A DNA stretch of 64,000 nt from Vicugna vicugna (lineage: Eukaryota): assembly GCA_013265495.1 (NCBI GenBank), contig MU057984.1, forward strand, positions 186,001 to 250,000, in the 5' to 3' direction. The notes under the pieces are model-generated. The model was given only the letters and a program-made list of their open reading frames with translations, was not told the origin of the DNA and ran no database searches. Of this stretch, positions 1 through 12,530 are shown in pieces; the first letter of the stretch is position 1; every line of letters begins with the position of its first letter. Position numbers and translations under genes: made by a program.

Positions 1-298
1 GGTTTAATATATACTGATATTACAATATGCTGGTAAATACTGTGAGAATCATCCAGTCAATGGAAACACAAGATATAGGTGAGAAGTAATTGAAAGGTAA
101 GGTCGCTGTAGAAATTAGAAGAGGTGGGACCTGGGACACAAGTGGAGGGGCTGGCTTGTGACAGAGGCACAAACAATTTGGCCCTAGTCATGGTAGTAAA
201 GTCAGATTTTTTTTATCTTGTTTTGTTTTGTCTTTGTCTTTCAGCCATAATTAGCTCTTTGTGCGAGTGTAGAAAAGGTAGTTCTGGTTTGTGTCTGA

Positions 299-738
299 TG
301 TAGTAGACTGGATCACTTTTCCTGATACTTCACTCCTCTTCCTTATCATAATTATACAATCATGGCCATATTTTCATGTTTCTGGTCTTATGGTAGGGAA
401 AATATATCTTCCATCTCCATGGATACTCAATGTGACTTAATTTGACCAGTGGAATCCAGGTGCAGGTGGAGTATGCAAATTAAGACCCTATGAAGTATAC
501 TGTATTTCCACTTGTCCTCTTGGGCCTCTTCCAGTCACAATAAGAACATATTCTAGGTATGTCCCAGAACGAGTAAACCTATCCAGCAATCCTGAACCTG
601 AATGCACAATCTCAAGATGAGTTGTCCAGCTTATCAGTAGATCCGTGAACAAGAAAAATAAATGTTTCTGGTTATAGGACTTTAGATCATGGGATTGTTT
701 GTTATGCAGTTTTAATGCAGCAATCACTGACTAACTCA
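299..738 (+). mobile_element. MaLR solo LTR (MLT1-type, old)
   Basis: Starts tgtagtagac; typical 3' end aaataaatgtttc...gggattgtttgttatgcag...cagcaatcactgactaactca. Confidence 0.75.
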
Positions 739-1059
739 CCACAGTTGTGGTTTTACCAAGTGAACAGAAGGAGGAAGATAGACAAGAGAGTTGAAAGCAT
801 AAAGAAGGAAGTAAACATAATGATAGAGTGTAATGATCCTGTACAGAAGTTTTGGCAATAAGTATTCAATATACTAAAATGCATGTACCAACCAAACTCA
901 ATTGATCATCACATTATCATCCTAAATTTACCTCACACAAAGAAAGACTCACACAGTCTTCCAGAAATTATAAAATATGTCATAGATTTTTAATAATAAA
1001 ACTCAAAAATATTTGGTGTTTGGAATAATTCCAAACATGGTATTATCCAACAGCTTTTT

Positions 1060-3890
1060 AAAAACTTTTTATTCAGAAATGTATAATTATCAAAATTAAG
1101 AAAGTAACATTGGTACAATATGATTAACTAATCTATATACTTAATTCAGATAACATCAATTATTTCACTAATGTTATTTTATATCACAGGGTCCAGTTCA
1201 AGATTCTGCAATGCATTTAAAGCCCACATCCTCTGAGTCTCTTACAATTTGTGACTCAGCTTTTCCTTGTCTTTTATGATCTCGACACATTTGAAGAGTA
1301 CTGATTAGTTATTTTATAGAACTATCCTTCAGTTTGACTTTGTCTTATATTTTCTTATTATAAGATTGAGGATATAATTTGGGGGAATAATACCAGAGAG
1401 AGTATTTTCCCTTCTCAGTGTCCAATTATCAGGGGATATATGATATTGCTATATTTTATTACTGGTCATTATAATCTTTATTATTTAGTTAAGGTGGTAT
1501 CTACCAGGTTCTCCAATGTAGAATTAGTATTTCCCCTTTGTACTTAGTAAATATTTTGTGGAAATACTTTGAGATGGTGCAAATACCCCTTTCTCTTTGA
1601 ATGTTCACCTTCTAATTTGTTCATCACTAAACCTTGTTTATATCAATTATGTTTTTAGTACTTCTTCAGACCCCAAAACATCCACTTGACTATATATGTT
1701 TGAATGTAAACCTGAGTTTTCTCCTCTGTTCATTTGCTCTTTATGCCTATATTTAGTGAATACAAATTAACACAGTTTTCAGGTATATCTTAAAATCTGT
1801 GAATTTAAGTCTTCCAATTTTGTTTTTCCTTCTGAAAATTTTTTGGAAATTCTAGTTCTTTTGTTTTTCATACATATTTTACAATGAGCTTGTCAATACC
1901 TACAAAAAAAGTCTGATGAGCAACAGATTGCAAATGCATTGGATCTATATGTCAAATTGGAGAGCAGTGACATTTTAACAATATCTGGTCTTCAATCAAT
2001 GAACATGACATGCCTATTTATTTAGGCTTATTAGATTTCTCGCATTAGTGTTTTCTACTATTGGATATATAGCTCCTGTACATATTTTTTTAGATTTTTT
2101 TAATTGCAAGGTTTTTTGTTGTTATTGTAAATGACATTTTTAATGTCAAACGCCAATTGTCCATTGTTAATATATAGAAATACATTGGTTTTTGGAAATT
2201 GACTTGAAGAATTCTAAAATTCTATATATAAAAAGTATTTTTGCTGGATATGGAATTATGAATTGATAGTATTTTTTTCTTTAATCGCTAAAGATGTCAC
2301 TCCATTATCATCTAGATTGCATGGTTTATGAAGAGAAGTCTTTTCTGTATGTAACGTGCCTTTTTTTAAACAGAAAAATCTGGCTACTTTCAAGATTTTT
2401 GTTTTGTTATGTGTTTTTAGCAGTTTAAATATGATTTTCCTAGGTTAAAAAAACTGACTTATTATATTTCCAAATGTTTCTTCTTCTCATCTGTGGTATT
2501 CTTACTATCTCTCTGCCTTCTTGAATTACAAGTATGTAGGACTGTCAGATATTGTTTCTACAACTCTTCAATGTTCTCTTTTTTCCTGTCTTACTTTCTC
2601 TTTAAGTTAGTGGAATTTTTATTGCCCTAACTTGAAAATTCCAGATTCTTTCCTTGACTGTGTTAAATCTGCCAATTAATCCAAGGCATTATTTATACCT
2701 TTTCTCTGTGTTTTCATTTCTAACATTATTGATTCTTTTAAAAAATAATTTCCATTCCATTGCTGAAATTAATCCAATCTGTTACCTTATCCATCTTTTT
2801 CATTCATATTAGTCATAGTCATTTGAATGCCTTATCAAATAGTGTGAACATCTGTGCCATGTCACAGCTCAGGTCTACGTAACTGATTTTTTTTTCCTTG
2901 AGAAGTGTTATTTTCTCCTTGTCATTTATATGTCTCATAATTTTTTAGCTAAGAGTGATACAATTTTGCTTAGTGTGGGGGCTAGTTTGCCAAAGAGTTT
3001 TTTTCTTAATGTCTGTTCCACCTTCAGCTTTGGGCCTTCCCTTCATGCTGGACCTCATACAGGGTCTGCCTCTTGTAACCTGTTCAGTGTTACTTGTGAC
3101 TCAGTGCTTGGTAATCTTGCAGTGGAACTGGTGAGGCCAGTGTTCTCTGCAGTTCTGATTAAGCCTGATTCTTATGCAGGCATCATGTCCCCTGGTCTTA
3201 GGGATGTGATCTTCTCAGTTTTATTGCTCCTGTGCGAGCTGTTTTTCTACGTCTTACATATGTTCCTGCTCCTTCCCAAGATTAGAAGGTTTTTACCTCT
3301 ATCCTTCTTCCAGCTGAAATGGGTTTTTAACCTCTTCCCTAAAGGCTACAGTATTTGTTGTTCCTCACCATGTAGGTTAAGGCTTTTGTTTCATAGGAAT
3401 ATAGAAAAGAGTCCAAGAAGATTTTCATTCCTTTCTCAGAAACTCTGCAGGCCCTCCTTCTAGTCTTCACCACAAAGGATAATTTTTCAGAAGTTTCTCC
3501 AGTCTTGTGTGTGAGTGCCTGTTAGGTTTTAGGAGGGAAAGCTTCTGAGGGTTTTACTGTCCCTCTATCTTAAACCCTTGGGATCTTTCTACTCCTTTGT
3601 CAGTGAACATTAAGTATCCCAATTCTCCCAACTCTTTAGCTGAACTCTTCTTACAAGTGTGCCACTACAGTTCGATCCACAGATAAGACAGTACTTGTAT
3701 CTAATACCTCTCTGCAGACACTAGTCTGCTTAGATTTTGGGCCAGTTGATTTCTCTGTGACTTCAACTTTTGATTTTTAAAAAGAATATGACCTTTCAGT
3801 TTTTCCATCTTTTCATTGTTGTTATGAGTGTGAACAGTCCGTTTTATATTACTAAACATTTAAACAGTGCTGAGCAGAACCTGGAAATGC
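1060..3890 (-). mobile_element. Old fragmented L1 (L1M-type 3'UTR, ORF2 and 5' remnants)
   Basis: T-rich antisense L1 phrases (atgagcttgtcaatacctacaaaa, gcattggatctatatgtcaaattggagagcagtgacatttt, taaagatgtcactccattatc); boundaries approximate; probably composite. Confidence 0.65.
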
Positions 3891-4591
3891 CAAGGGCCAG
3901 GTTTTTTAAATGAGACAACTTAAAAGGTCTAGCTGTTTCTTGCCTAAGGTTGTATTAGTTGGTGGCAGGGTAGAGTTCACTGTAATCACTTCAACAAAAC
4001 CCTATATCTAAAAACCATTTACTGGGTCATTAAAATATTTCATTACAAAGAAACTTTCTCTGAAACATATTTCTCTTAAATGGTATTTAAGATAATGGAA
4101 TTTCGTTTATACAGCGATACCTAAGGATGTACTGATTTTTAATCCATTTTGGTCTATTTCTCTTTTGGAGATGCTGATTTTATTTTTTGAAGTCATTTTA
4201 TTAAAAATATGTTTTAAAGGTAGCAGCTTTTATTTCTTGATGAAATGGATTTTCACTGGCAAGGAATTATGTATATATTCTTTTAAAATGCTAGTATTTT
4301 ATACTTCACAAAATATCCAGTGAGTAATAACTGAGAAAAGACGGTTGTTCTTTTAAAACTATTAAATTCTAAAATATATATTCTTTGAGTATGTAACTTC
4401 TCTTGATTATAGCAAAAATTTCAAAATTAGAAGAATATCAATATTAACAATGAAAGAGGCAGCAACAATAAAAGCAAAATTATTATCCGACATATTTGTA
4501 TATTATCCTACCTGTATAAAGTGATTTGAGAAAGAGTTTTGGTTTCATGTTTATTATCTGGATTAGTACTGAATTAGAATACTGTTTTGTT

Positions 4592-5495
4592 CGTACAAAT
4601 GGCCAATAGGCACATGAAAAAGTGCTCAGTATCGCTAATTATCAGAGAAATGCAAATCAAAACTACAGTGAGGTACCACCTCACTCCAGTCAGGATGACC
4701 AATATTAAAAAGTCTACAAACAATAAATGCTGGAGAGGGTGTGGAGAAAAGGGTACCCTCCTACACTGTTGGTGGGAATGTAGTTTGATGCAGTTGCTAT
4801 GGAAACAGTATGGAGGCCATAAAAAAACTGAAAATAGACTTACAATATGATCCAGCAATTCCACTCCTCTGTATATATCTAGAGGGAACTTTAATTCAAA
4901 AAGATACATACACCCCAATGTTCACAGCAGCACCATTTACAATAGCCAAGACACGAAAACCACTTAAAGGTCCACTGACAGATGGAGAGATAAAGCTGTG
5001 GTATATTTACACAATGGAATACTACTCAGCCATAAAAATAACAAAACAATGCCACTTGCAGCAACATGGATGGACCTGGAGATTGTCATTCTAAGTAAAG
5101 CCAAAAGAGAAAGAAAAATACCATATGATATCACTTATATGTGGAATCTAAAAAAAAAAAAAGACAAATTAACTTACTTACAAAACAGAAACAAGACTCA
5201 CAGACATAGAAAACAAACTTATGGTTACCAGTGGGGGAAGTGGGTAGGAAGGGATAAATTGGGAGTATGAGATTTGCAGATACTAATATACATAAAATAG
5301 AAAAACAAGTTCCTGCAGTATAGCACAGGGAACCATATTCAATATTTTGTAGTAATTTATGGTGAAAAAGAATATGAAAATGAATGTATGTATGTTCATA
5401 TATGATTTAAGCACTATACTGTACACCAGAAATTGACAGAACATTGTAAACTGACTATACTTCAATAAATACATATATATATATATGTACAAAAA
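4592..5495 (+). mobile_element. 5'-truncated, relatively young L1 (ORF2 C-terminus plus 3'UTR) with target-site duplication
   Basis: ORFs 4587..4850 and 4810..5094 encode the L1 ORF2 C-terminal region ([42 protein letters not shown]) with frameshifts; AATAAA and A/TA tail; TSD agaatactgttttgtt (4576-4591) vs agaatattgtattgtt (5496-5511). Confidence 0.93.
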
Positions 5496-6649
5496 AGAAT
5501 ATTGTATTGTTGAATCATCACTGGCATAACTCATATTGCTTAAAGATATACTTTCTCATTTTGAGGATTATACTTTATACATAAACATCACAAATATAAA
5601 AAAAAGAAAATTTTTATTTTTTCATTCTGGAGAAAGATTTTGGCTTGCACTCCCTGGCAATAATGTAACCGAGTTGTAACTATGAAATCCTCTCCTGAGA
5701 ATTTATGAAACCATTTTGTGAAAACAAGCATTTAAGTGGACTGATAAGTGTCATCATTTAAATATTACAGACAGGCAATAAAGTAGAAGAGAAAATGCAT
5801 CACTTACCAAAAGGTACATATAAAACTGTAAGAATTATCTTTTTAAGATGGATTAATAAAGTCAATGATAGTATTTTGATCTTACTTCCCAGATACTCTA
5901 TGCTCACAATGGGCTATTTTTTAGGCAACATCAAAATTAATACTTTATAGCCCTGGTTTTTGATGTATCATATTGAGAATAAAGAAATGGTCTAGCCATA
6001 TGAGATATTAGCACACACTATAAAAACCATAATTTAAAAATAGTTACTGGGTGATTATAACAAAATTAATGAAAAAACAAAATTATAAAAAATAAACTTT
6101 GAAACGTGTTTATGAATATATTATTTCAGTAACATGTATCAATTAATATATTTCATAACTAATATATTAAATAGTTAATGTGTTTAAATTGCATCAGTAT
6201 ATTATATTATGATAATATATCCATATAAATTGTTGATTTGCATTAATTTTAATAATATACAAGACATAATTTATATCTTAATTATCTTAGTGGTGTTTCC
6301 ATTTAGTGGGAAAGGGCTGGTTTATTTCACAAATGATACAATTACAACTCGATACCTAGCTAAAGGGAAAACAAATGGGAAATTCTGCATACCAAATACA
6401 AAGATAACTTACAGATGAATTATATATTTAAATATTTTTGAAAAACTCTACAAGTCTTGGAAAAAATTTTAGTAGTCTATTTTCATAGTTTTTGAAGGAG
6501 AAAACCTTTCTAACCAAGAGAGGTGACCTAAGGAATATAAAAGACAGGATTATTTAATCATAACATTACAAAAAAGCTTATGGGAGAAACACTACAATCA
6601 AACACAATAAGCAAATAATAGATTGAAAGAATTATCTCTCAGGGAGATA

Positions 6650-9268
6650 TCAAGAAGTTTTTTAAGTTGAAAAGGAGGGAACATTACCAAATTTATTTTA
6701 TGAAGCCATTATCACCCTGATATCAAAACCAGACAAAGATACCACAAAAAAAGAAAATCACAAGCAAATATCTTTGATCAATTCATAGATGCAAACATCC
6801 TCAACAAAATACTAGCAAACCAAATCGAACAATATATAAAAAGGATCACACACTGTGATCAAGTTGGATTCAGCCTAGGGTCACAAAGATGGTTCAACAT
6901 AAAAAAAAAATCAATCAGTGTGATACATAAGATTAACAAAAGAAAAGACAAAAACCACAGGATCATCTTAATAGATGAAGAAAAAGCATTTGACAAAATC
7001 CAATATCCATTCATGATAATAACTCTCACTAAAGTGGGTATAGAGGGAACATATCTCAACATAATAAAAGCCATTTATAACAAACTCACAGCCAACATAA
7101 TGTTTAATGATGAAAAGCTGAAAGTATGCCCACTAAATTCAGGAACAAAACAAGGATGACCACTCTCACCACTTCTATTCAACACAGTACTGGAAGTCCT
7201 AGCCACAGCAATCAGAAAAGAAAAAGAAATTAAAATTATTCAAATTGGAAGGGAAGAGGTACAAGTGTCAATTTGTGGATGGCATAACACTCTACATAGA
7301 AAACACTAAACTCTCCACACAAAAATTATTAGAACTAATAAATGAACAAGGCAGCAGAATACAAGATTAATATACAGAAATCTGTTGCATTTCTTTACAC
7401 TAAGAATGAAATGTCAGAAGGAGAAAGTAAAAAACTAATTCCATTTAAAATCACAACAACAACCAAAAAACTTAGGAATAAATCTAGCCAAGGAGGTGAA
7501 AGATCCATATGCTGATAACTATAAAACACTAATAAAGGAAACTGAAGATGATTCAAAGAAATGGAAAGATATCCCATGCTTGTATACTGGAAGAATTAAC
7601 ATCGTTAAAAATGGCCATACTATCCAAAGCAATACATAGATTTATTGCAATTCTTATCAAAATACCCATGACATTTTTCACAGAAATAGAACAAATAATC
7701 CTAAAATGTATATGGAACCACAAAAGACCCAGAATTGCCAAACCAATACTGAAGAAAATGAAGCTGGAAGAACAACCCTCCCAGGCTTCAGACAAGCTAC
7801 AGTAATCAAAACAGCATGGTATTAAGCACAAAAACAGACTTATACATCAGTGGAACAGAAAAGAGAGGCCAGAAATAAACCCACACATCTACAGTCAATT
7901 AATCTTTGACAAAAGAAGAAAGAATATACAATGAAGAAAAGACAGTCTCTTCAACAAGTGGTGTTGAGAAACCTGGACAGCAGCATGTAAATCAATGAAA
8001 TCAGAATACACACTCACATCATACACAAAAAAAAGCTCAAACGGTTTAAAGTACTAAATATAAGACATGACAATACAAAACTTCTAGAAGAGAACATAGG
8101 CAAAACATTCTCTGACATAAATGGTATCCATGTTTTCTTAGGTCAGTCTCCCAAGGCAAAGGATTTGTAAAAATAAAAAAACGGGACCTACTCAAACTTA
8201 AAAGCATTTGTACAGCAAAGGAAACCATCAACAAAGTGGAAAAACAACCTACACACTGGGAGAAAAATATCTGCAAATGATGTAACTGACAAGGAATTAA
8301 TTTCCAAAATATACAAATAGCTCATACAACTCAATATCAAACAAACAACCAACCCAATCAAAAAATGGGCAGAAGACCTAAATAGACATTTCTCCAAAGA
8401 AGACACACAGATGGCCAACAAGCTCATGAAAAGATGTTCAACATTGCTAATTATTAAATACAAATCAAAACCACAATGATGCATCACCTTACACTGGTCA
8501 TGATGACTATCATCAAAAAGACTACAAATAATAAATGCTGGAGAGGGTGTGTAGAAAAGGAAACCCTCCTACATTGATAGGAATGTAAATTCACATAGCC
8601 ATTATGAAAAACAGTAGGGAGGTTCCTTAAAAAACTAAAAATAGAGTTACCATATGATCCAGCAATCTCACTCCTGGGTATGTATCTGGAATAGATGAAA
8701 ACTCTAATGCAAAAAGATATGCGTACCCCAATGTACACAGCAGGACTATTTATAATAGCCAAGACATGGAAACAACCCAGTGTCCATCGAGAGATAACCA
8801 GCTTATGAAGATAAGTTATGAAACACTACTCAGCCAAGAAAAAGAATGAAATACTGGCATCTGCAGAAACATGGTTGGACCTAGGGAATATTATACTTAG
8901 TGAAGTAAGTCAGTCAGAGAAAGACAAATGTTATGTGACATCACTTCTATATGGAATATAAAAAATCATACAAATCAATCTACATACAAAATAGACTCAC
9001 AGACACAGAAAACTTATGGCTACCAAAGGAGAAAGGGAGGAGAGGAGAGATGAATTAGGAGTACAGGACTAACAGATACAAACTACTGTACATAAAATAG
9101 ATTAGCAACAAGGATTTACTGTTATAGCACAGGGAACTACATGCAGTATTTTACAATAACCTGTAACAGAAAATGATCTGAAAAAGAAAAAATACATGTA
9201 ACTGAATCACTTTGCCGTATACCTTAAACTCAGGAAATACTGTAAATCAATTATATTTCAATTAAAAA
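6650..9268 (+). mobile_element. 5'-truncated L1: ORF2 RT domain to 3'UTR, disabled
   Basis: Frameshifted ORF2 pieces ([55 protein letters not shown]) and a 3'UTR ending aatcaattatatttcaattaaaaa. Confidence 0.93.
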
Positions 9269-9899
9269 TGTTGCTTATTTGATGATATAGAAAAGTTTTA
9301 GAAATAACTGGCAGATGTACAACAACCTAGTATCATTTAAAAGGGGCACTTTCTGCCAGGAATCTTTATCTAACCAGAAGTAGGATTCCCTAACAATGTG
9401 AATACTCTGAAGACAACAATCTAAATTGAAGCTCTAAATCTTTCCTTCTAAATCAGAGATAAAATTTAATTAGCCCTCACAGAAATTATTAACATTGTGT
9501 AAAATGTTTTGAGTAGTGTGCTAATCCTTTTACCACTGCATCATAGAATATCAAGAGTACTAAAGTCATTATACAATAATACTTCCAATTATATTAATCT
9601 TTCTCATGAAAATGATGAAAGGTTTTCTATTCTTGAGCAGAGAAAAGTGTCATCATTTTAAGTAAAGACTTTTTGTTATCTAGGAAGTAGTAAGAGAAAA
9701 TATAATACTGAGCTGTTACACTTACAATCAGTAATAAAATATGAAATATAAATAATCAGAAAAGTAGCTTGTATTATGTGGCAACAAACTGCCTATTTTC
9801 TGTTGCTCTAATATCACATAAAGAATAAGATATATTGTTAATACTATTGCTATTTTAACAGGTGATCTAAAGTGGTTCTGAGCATAATTCATCCATTAG

Positions 9900-11000
9900 A
9901 ACACATGAAAAAATATTTTAAAAATAAAATTTAAATGTTTCTGAAAGCACAAAGCTGATGAACTAGTGAAAAATACATAAAATGGCATCTACACAAAGAT
10001 TCAATATTGCAGAAACGGCACTTCTTCCTGCATGTATAAACTTATCATGTAAATTATAAATTTAAAATAATCCCAATAAATTTTCTATTGGGTTTTCTCT
10101 AGAGGTGGTCAAGTTTATTATAAGGTTCATATAGAGAAATAAACAGGGAAGAATAGCCGATAAAATCTTAAAAAGTGGAAGTAATATGAGAGAGCTACCT
10201 TTAACACATAATAAAGTACATTATAAAGTCTAATTAAAACAGTGTAGCTTTGGCTCTTAAAAGCAGATCAGTGGAATAGTAGAGATAGCCTAGAAAGTAC
10301 CTAAGTACATATGGCAGTGTAGTCTATGATAATGTTGGCATATCAAATCAGTAGGGATTAGATGGGCTTCTAAATAAATCTCAAAGAAATAGATAGCCAT
10401 TTGGATAAATCAGATAGAGAGAAATACCATGTTCTTGGAGTGAAAGACTCATTAACTCAGTATTTATAAGATGCCAGTTGCCCCCAGATCAATGTATAGT
10501 CTCAATACAATTGAAGCAAAAGTCCTAACAGGGGTATGTGTGTGTATCTGTGTGCCTGTGTGTGTTTGGAAATTAACTAGCTGATTCTGAAATTACTATG
10601 AAAGTTCAAAAGATTTAAAATAACTATGAAAATCTTGAAGAGGAAAAACTTGAAGGATTTATGTTACCACATATTAAGATTTGCCATATAGCCATAGTAG
10701 TTAAGACATAAGGTATTGGGGCAAGGTTATAGGACTAGACAACCACAACTGAACAGAGTACAGAAACAGACTCATACATATACTGCCACTGGATTTAGGA
10801 GAAGTGTCACAGCAATTCAGTCAAGGAAAGGATGGCTTTTTCTATAAATGGTGCTAGGACAATTTGGTATACATAATGAATAAAATGAACCTTGACCCCA
10901 ACAGCTTACCATATTTAAAATTAGTATCAGGAAAAGTAAACAATAACGCTTCTAGTAAAAAGAGGAATATATCTTCATGACTTTATGACTCAAGCTATCA
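9900..11000 (+). mobile_element. Old L1 ORF2 fragments (L1ME/L1M-type)
   Basis: Degenerate phrases ataccatgttcttggagtgaaagactc, agctgattctagaaatt, aaatgaaccttgacccc. Confidence 0.65.
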
Positions 11001-11009
11001 AGATTATTG

Positions 11010-11408
11010 ACAGTATATAGCACCTAGACAGCAGCTTTCTGGGCGAATTACCTTCAGCTGGAGAGAGTCACCAGGCCAAGGTTAAACTCTTTTCCAGGAG
11101 CAGACTACCTTTCATGATGGACTGATGGCGGGGGTGAGGTGGGGGGAAGAGTTGGGGGGTGAGAAAATGAGGTCTAAAATTCTGGTCTTCTCCTCCCAAA
11201 TTAGGGCAACTCTCTGAAGGGCTATCCTACTTTCGGTGCTTGCCAGGGTGTGAACTGACATCTTTGTTCCCACTGCCCTCTGTTCAGTCTTGCTTCATCC
11301 CGTTCCTCCCCCAGCACTGCTGACCCTGAGCGTACCACTCCCTAATACACTTCCTGTACACTAATCTCCTCCTCAGAGACTGCTTCCCAGGAAAACTTCT
11401 TTTGCAAT
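11010..11408 (+). mobile_element. ERVL-type solo LTR (LTR16-like)
   Basis: GC-richer block ending ccctaatacacttcctgtacactaatctcctcctcagagactgcttcccaggaaaac, typical of LTR16-family 3' ends. Confidence 0.6.
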
Positions 11409-11507
11409 AGTGAGATTTAAGATACTTCTGACTGAAACTTGGACAGATATTTAAAATTTTTATTTTATTATTTACTGGTTGATGTTTTACAGCTGTCTTT
11501 TATTTAT

Positions 11508-11740
11508 AACAGTATTGTGGAGTTGGGTAAGAGAGCCTGAGACCTACACTGAAACCCAAGCTCCAGCACATATTGTAAGTGTGATCTTGAATAGAACTCC
11601 TGCACATCTCAGTATACTCATCTTTAACATAAGGGTATTAATGGAATCTATCTTATAGGGTTGTATGAAGACTAAATGAATTAGTATTTGTAAAGTGCTT
11701 AAAATAGTTCTTGAAACAGAGTCCATTGTTACTGTTCATA
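11508..11740 (+). mobile_element. MIR SINE
   Basis: Core and tail: tcttatagggttgtatgaagactaaatgaattagtatttgtaaagtgcttaaaatag. Confidence 0.8.
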
Positions 11741-12319
11741 ACAAGTGACACTGTTTTCAATTAAAATACTATTAGGTAAATTGTTATATAGGTGATAAAA
11801 GAGAATGCCAAAATTTGCAAAAGTAGTATATGAACAACTGAAATTTGGTGATATTCTTTTAAATTAAAATGTTGAATAAGAGTAGAATATATACAGGATT
11901 AGGGATATCAAAAAGGGAGAACAAAGTTGAATTATTTTAAAATATAGATATAAATATAGCTATCTACAAAACTGGATACTTTTAAAATATAGATGTAAAT
12001 ATAGAAATAGATACCTACTCTTCTGTAAGAAATCCTTCTCTAGAAAACTGGTATTCACCAAGGCAACAAGACTATTTCATCAATGAGTAGTTGATGAAGA
12101 TTAAAATCATTTGCCTAGTCATTGTTTCACCCAGAAAGCAAATGGATTTCAGAAGAAAAATAACTCGTTTATTTCTTCATTCATTTTTCAGAAATATATA
12201 TCCTGGCATGCACTGGCAGTGTGCTAGGTCTTGTTTCTTCTAAAACTGAAGAAAATCAGGAATCCATCTTTGGGTTTACCTATTTCCATCTATATAAATA
12301 ATATTAATAACCAATACTT

Positions 12320-12530
12320 GTATCTAATTTTAGTGCTAAGAAACTTCTTCACATACACAATTGTATTTGTTCTTCAAAAAGCATCTTATTAGGTAAAACT
12401 GATTTTCATTTTTTCAGGGTCTAGAGAGTGCAGAAACCAGCACAAACTAATGTTACAGTTTGTAACATTTGATGTTACAGTCAAAACCAGAACATAGATT
12501 CTCACACTACAAATCTAATGCCCTATCCCT
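12320..12530 (-). mobile_element. MIR SINE remnant
   Basis: Antisense MIR-like phrases (gtgctaagaaacttcttcacatac, aaaaccagaacatagattctcacactacaaatctaatgccct). Confidence 0.5.

Noticed and set aside
2930..3463. Longest ORF in the track (177 aa)
   Set aside because: Lies in degenerate antisense L1-like sequence; L/F/S-rich composition is typical of a chance frame in T-rich DNA.
6650..9268. Functional reverse transcriptase gene
   Set aside because: 5'-truncated L1 ORF2 with many frameshifts and stops.
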